64,000 nucleotides of DNA, taken from the IMG/VR virus record IMGVR_UViG_3300029243_000160, positions 81,209 through 145,208 of that record, one strand, 5' to 3'. The stretch is from a virus. How positions within the stretch are numbered: position 1 is the first letter of the stretch; every line of letters starts with the position of its first letter. This document shows, in pieces, positions 61,022-64,000 of this stretch. The position numbers were made by a program, and so were the translations under genes. The notes under the pieces were generated by a model. It did not search any database. It was given only the letters and a program-made list of their open reading frames with translations, and had not been told where the DNA came from.

Positions 61022-61079
61022 TTGCTATCTTCTCCTTTTAACAACATAATAAAAGCCCTCTGTTTCATCAGAAGGCTGT

Positions 61080-61158
61080 TGGTGTCCCCAATCGGGCTTT
61101 CACCGATACGCTTGCGGTGCATTCACCAAACCGCTTGTTCTACTTAAACTACAGGGAC
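61080..61158 (-). ncRNA. tRNA-like unit U0: 79-nt cloverleaf with an 11-nt 'anticodon' loop and encoded ACCA
   Basis: GTCCCTG|TA|GTTT-AAGTA-GAAC|AA|GCGGT-TTGGTGAATGC-ACCGC|AAGCGT|ATCGG-TGAAAGC-CCGAT|TGGGGAC|A|CCA. Confidence 0.45.
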
Positions 61159-61235
61159 GCAGTAAGGAAACGCTATGGCGAACGCTTCCTCGTTATGAAT
61201 TGACTGTTGCAAAGCAAACGGAGATACTTTGCAAA

Positions 61236-61315
61236 TGGTGTCTGAGGCAGGATTTGCACCAGCATCATTCGCATTGAAAATAATTTCAACTGCAATGATT
61301 TACTCGAACTCAGGC
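61236..61315 (-). ncRNA. tRNA-like unit U1: 80 nt, acceptor plus T-arm with one long bulged hairpin instead of D and anticodon arms
   Basis: GCCTGAG|TTCGAGTAAA|14-bp bulged hairpin with TTAT loop|T|GCTGG-TGCAAAT-CCTGC|CTCAGAC|A|CCA. Confidence 0.4.
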
Positions 61316-61393
61316 ATTGAGGGAGAGACAAAATCAAGGAGATAAAGAAAAACTCTCCCTCGTGATAAGGTATATGGTTTGTTATGACGCTGT

Positions 61394-61512
61394 TGGTGTC
61401 TGAGGCAGGACTTGCACCCACATTCTGTATCGTTTATCACTACATAGCTTCTCTCTGGTGTTGCAAATGGCTTTTTGCTCCAGCTACAGTGTTTTACTTA
61501 AACTACTCAGAC
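61394..61512 (-). ncRNA. tRNA-like unit U2: 119 nt, cloverleaf with a 55-nt segment (about 48 nt more than a normal 7-nt loop) in the anticodon-loop position
   Basis: GTCTGAG|TA|GTTT-AAGTA-AAAC|A|CTGTA-(55 nt)-TACAG|AAT|GTGGG-TGCAAGT-CCTGC|CTCAGAC|A|CCA. The 7-bp acceptor stem is perfect. Confidence 0.45.
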
Positions 61513-61842
61513 ACAAGACGGAGAAATGGATAAACTCCGTCTTGCAAATTTATAATAAGGAGATGATACGCACCACAAAGTCAAATGGGTAAAACATTGT
61601 GATACGCTGAGGATTGTTGTGCCAAATCGCAGGAGCGACCTGCTTTTCGGCATATGACAGGCTTTCACTGTCTCGCTGTGATTTCCACACATAAAAATAA
61701 GGAGTAAGCCCCATGGTGGGGTTGAAGAAAAATAATATAGGGGTAATGGGAAAAAATAAAAATGTTTCAGTACGCAGTTTTCACCGCAATACCATTGGGA
61801 AAAAATAGAGGAATGTGTAAGGTAGCGTTCCTTACATTGTTT

Positions 61843-61908
61843 ATTATAGCACAATGGTGTACGAATGTCAAGTGTTTTTGTGGATTTACTCTGTAAATTA
61901 TCCGTTAC
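61843..61908 (-). promoter_or_regulatory. Type-1 cassette promoter plus 24-bp box, driving the non-coding leader
   Basis: -10 at 61843-61848, -35 at 61866-61871, 13-nt gap, box at 61885-61908. Confidence 0.8.
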
Positions 61909-61947
61909 AAAAACTGTTGAATCTTGTGGATAACGCACAAATACGCA

Positions 61948-62121
61948 TTATTCCCCATTCAATTTCAGCTCTTTGCGAATCACGCCAGTGATGGTCGTGT
62001 GCTGGGCTTTTGCCATTTCGCACAGTTTCGCATACTCTTCGTTTGTGAACAGCAGGGACAGTCTTTTTCTGGAAGCAACATACTTCTTCTGTGCCTTTTT
62101 CGCTGCTATTGTCTTCGGCAT
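61948..62121 (-). CDS. Ribbon-helix-helix (CopG/Arc-like) small protein
   Basis: ATG62121 lies 9 nt after AAAGGAG. RLSLLFTNEEYAKLCEMAKAQHTTITGVIRKEL has an RHH pattern. Confidence 0.6.
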   Translation of the reverse strand: MPKTIAAKKAQKKYVASRKRLSLLFTNEEYAKLCEMAKAQHTTITGVIRKELKLNGE

Positions 62122-62165
62122 CTGATGATACTCCTTTCGCATAGATTTATCACCTTTTATCTGAT

Positions 62166-62870
62166 TTATTCTGGTAAGCGGATAATGTTGTGATATACCA
62201 TTGTGTGCTTGTTGTCACTCATAACTATATCATCATGATAATGTCCGCAGAACCATTGCTGATAGGAAAGCTTTTGTTCGATTTTCTGAAAGAAGTCTGA
62301 CAGCTGGTTTGTTTTATATTGCCAGCCAAATTCCGCATATAAGAAAAACAGCTGTTTCAGAACGTCATTGCAAATCGTGTGTGTCAAAACGTAGTCCACG
62401 TTCCAGTTTGCCTGCTCCAGCGTCTGTATCGCATGAGCCATTTCTTCATCTGACGGCATTTCCTCTTTCCACCAAGAAAGTCCTTCTTTGCGGAACACCT
62501 TGTCTGTGCTTTCTGCACCGCCCATTGCAAAGAAAGTCTTTCCTTGCAAATTGAAGATTTCTCCACGACAAAGATGAATGACATGAGGCGTGATTTTCTG
62601 CACCACACCGCTATTCCACTGCTCTTTCGGATATTTCCGGAGCAGGTCGAAATTCTCGTGGTTTCCATCTATCCAAAGCGTTGTCCACGGCTTATTCTCC
62701 AGCCACTCCAACCAATACCTGTCACAAGCATCATCGTTCCACACAACGCCGAAATCTCCGCAGATAATGACATAATCATCTCGTGTTAAGCCTTTTTGTT
62801 CCGGAAAACCGATTGTGTTCAGCTTGTGAATGTCGTGTTCTCCATGCGTATCGCCAGTTACAAAAATCAT
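62166..62870 (-). CDS. Calcineurin-like metallophosphoesterase
   Basis: GDTHG, GDFG, GNHE and GHYH motifs. SD GAGAGGTG. Confidence 0.85.
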   Translation of the reverse strand: MIFVTGDTHGEHDIHKLNTIGFPEQKGLTRDDYVIICGDFGVVWNDDACDRYWLEWLENKPWTTLWIDGNHENFDLLRKYPKEQWNSGVVQKITPHVIHLCRGEIFNLQGKTFFAMGGAESTDKVFRKEGLSWWKEEMPSDEEMAHAIQTLEQANWNVDYVLTHTICNDVLKQLFFLYAEFGWQYKTNQLSDFFQKIEQKLSYQQWFCGHYHDDIVMSDNKHTMVYHNIIRLPE

Positions 62871-62889
62871 AAGTCACACCTCTCTTATC

Positions 62890-63333
62890 TTACCATGTGC
62901 AAAAGCCATTGCACTTGTCTTTCTTTGGACAATACAGACACTTATGCTTTTTCTGTGTCTGTGTCACTTCTTCCCAAGTCGGGAAAGTATAGTCCTGTAT
63001 CTTTTCAAAGCTATGTATATCTCGGATAGAAAAATCGTAAGAGCCGTTTTTTCTCCGATAGAGATATGGCTCGCCTTTGATGCGGAACTTATCTCCTTTT
63101 TTCATGGAAAATTGCATCAGGTCAAGCATCTTGCACCCTCGGAATATCCACAGGTGATGCTCTCGCCCTACAAAAGGCTGTCCGTCTTTTTGTACGCCCT
63201 CTACCCGAATGTATCGGAACAAGTACCCAGAGCCTTGCTTGCGGTCGAACATACCGTATATGGTAGCCCCAAGCCCAACGAAAGCTTCTTCCAGATATTT
63301 GCGACTGTAGCCTTGCTTGTAGTTCTTTTTCAT
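62890..63333 (-). CDS. Hypothetical protein
   Basis: 147 aa with SD AAGGA. Confidence 0.55.
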   Translation of the reverse strand: MKKNYKQGYSRKYLEEAFVGLGATIYGMFDRKQGSGYLFRYIRVEGVQKDGQPFVGREHHLWIFRGCKMLDLMQFSMKKGDKFRIKGEPYLYRRKNGSYDFSIRDIHSFEKIQDYTFPTWEEVTQTQKKHKCLYCPKKDKCNGFCTW

Positions 63334-63345
63334 AATACAGCGTCC

Positions 63346-63687
63346 TTATTCTTTGTTCCAAGCGTCTTCAAATTCGCCTTTATGAATCCAATGCACACCT
63401 GTTACATAGTTTTCTCTGTCCATACAGCATCTGTTGTATGAGCAGTCTGCACAAGGCGAATATTTTGAATCCGGTGTTGTCGCATGGCAAAGGTCTTTCA
63501 TCAGCTTTTCAATTTCATCGACAGCTGTTTTCAGCATACCTTGCATCTTCTTCATATCGTCTATTGCTTGAATCGCACTACGCAGGGTTTCCTCATCAGC
63601 ATCAGTTACATAGCAAACAGCACAATCGGTAGCTGTGGCTTCTTCAAGAATATCCTGCAATGCCTTTCGTGTATCAGTTAGTGTCAT
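63346..63687 (-). CDS. Hypothetical Cys-containing protein
   Basis: 113 aa with SD GGAG. Confidence 0.55.
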   Translation of the reverse strand: MTLTDTRKALQDILEEATATDCAVCYVTDADEETLRSAIQAIDDMKKMQGMLKTAVDEIEKLMKDLCHATTPDSKYSPCADCSYNRCCMDRENYVTGVHWIHKGEFEDAWNKE

Positions 63688-64000
63688 GACAGACCAACTC
63701 CTTCACCAGTTTCTTTTCTTCCTTTGAAAAAACCGTTAAAGCGAAAATGCTCACAGCAAATAATAACAATGCCGAAGCAATCGCCATATGCCAAACGCTT
63801 TTTTCGCCGTCTTCAATCAGCTTCTTCTGAATTGCTGTTGTATCATAATTTTCGTCACTGGTCAAAATCGTTCTTTCACCGTCCGGAGTTTTATCCAACT
63901 GACATTGAATCAGAATCGCCTGTTCCGGCTTTTTGGAAAACATCTCTTTTGATACATCAGCCGTTACCGTTTCATCACGGCTTACTTGTACTTCTGCCTG
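63674..64000 (-). CDS. Hypothetical TM protein, possibly 5'-truncated by the window edge
   Basis: The track ORF is 63674..63943, but the frame stays open to nt 64000. Confidence 0.5.
   Translation of the reverse strand, partial: QAEVQVSRDETVTADVSKEMFSKKPEQAILIQCQLDKTPDGERTILTSDENYDTTAIQKKLIEDGEKSVWHMAIASALLLFAVSIFALTVFSKEEKKLVKELVCHDTN

Larger units (their letters stand above)
61022..61836 (-). ncRNA. ~810-nt promoter-driven non-coding leader or large structured RNA containing three tRNA-like units
   Basis: It lies between the cassette promoter (61843-61871) and the SD/ATG at 61021. The ORFs called here have implausible composition and no SD. The region is dense with hairpins and internal repeats. 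Confidence 0.5.

Noticed and set aside
61236-61425. GGTGCAAATCC/GGTGCAAGTCC motifs reminiscent of cobalamin or SAM-I riboswitch cores.
   Set aside because: The other conserved riboswitch elements (B12 box, kink-turn/four-way junction sequences) are absent. In context the motif forms the T-arm of acceptor-closed tRNA-like units.
61173-61938. Minus-strand ORFs 61173-61421 (82 aa) and 61507-61938 (143 aa) in the long leader.
   Set aside because: No SD is present. ORF 61507-61938 starts upstream of the promoter -35. The composition is implausible, and the region is better explained by conserved RNA stems.
1-64000. Searched by eye for rRNA, canonical tRNAs, CRISPR repeats, reverse transcriptase/retron/DGR parts, conjugation ATPases or a relaxase, and phage structural or terminase genes.
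   Set aside because: None was recognised in this window. The element type (phage, phage-plasmid or ICE/IME) therefore cannot be settled from these 64 kb.

Overview
The window looks like part of a temperate phage, phage-plasmid or integrative element from a low-GC Firmicute. The host is probably a cohesin/dockerin-using Ruminococcus-type clostridium, because two secreted cargo proteins end in type-I dockerin modules. Transcription converges on a 0.6 kb non-coding att-like region at 15.0-15.6 kb. One plus-strand operon (1-14986) encodes large acidic polyvalent-like proteins, a CHC2 zinc-finger protein, a protein with three FtsK-gamma-like wHTH modules and a RecJ-like DHH nuclease. A long minus-strand gene train (64000 down to 15579) ends in Tn916-type xis and int. 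The minus-strand genes include:
- a PARP-fold (DUF3990-like) / DUF3791-like / NADAR cluster and a TARG1-like macrodomain;
- a VapD(Cas2-like)-zincin fusion;
- a membrane AAA+ ATPase paired with a J-domain protein;
- a UvrD-like helicase-nuclease, a DUF262 protein and a DnaQ-like exonuclease;
- a sigma-region-4/alpha-CTD chimera;
- three RNase H-like proteins, TraX, signal peptidase I, a guanylate-kinase-like protein, two YopX proteins and a Lar-like protein;
- a paralogous lipoprotein family.

The most unusual signals are non-coding:
1. A modular promoter cassette is dispersed in at least 8 near-identical copies. It is a consensus TTGACA-17-TATAAT promoter with a conserved spacer, and most copies carry a 24-bp palindrome-containing box exactly 13 nt upstream.
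2. An ~810-nt promoter-driven non-coding leader carries three tandem tRNA-like cloverleaf variants with covarying stems, and a 49-nt mini tRNA-like element lies elsewhere.
3. Two 7-6-7 inverted-repeat recombinase-core-like sites lie 25.2 kb apart.
4. Several promoter-to-terminator units are candidate small RNAs.

No rRNA, canonical tRNA, CRISPR array or reverse transcriptase was recognised. All family assignments come from motif reading and memory, not from database searches.
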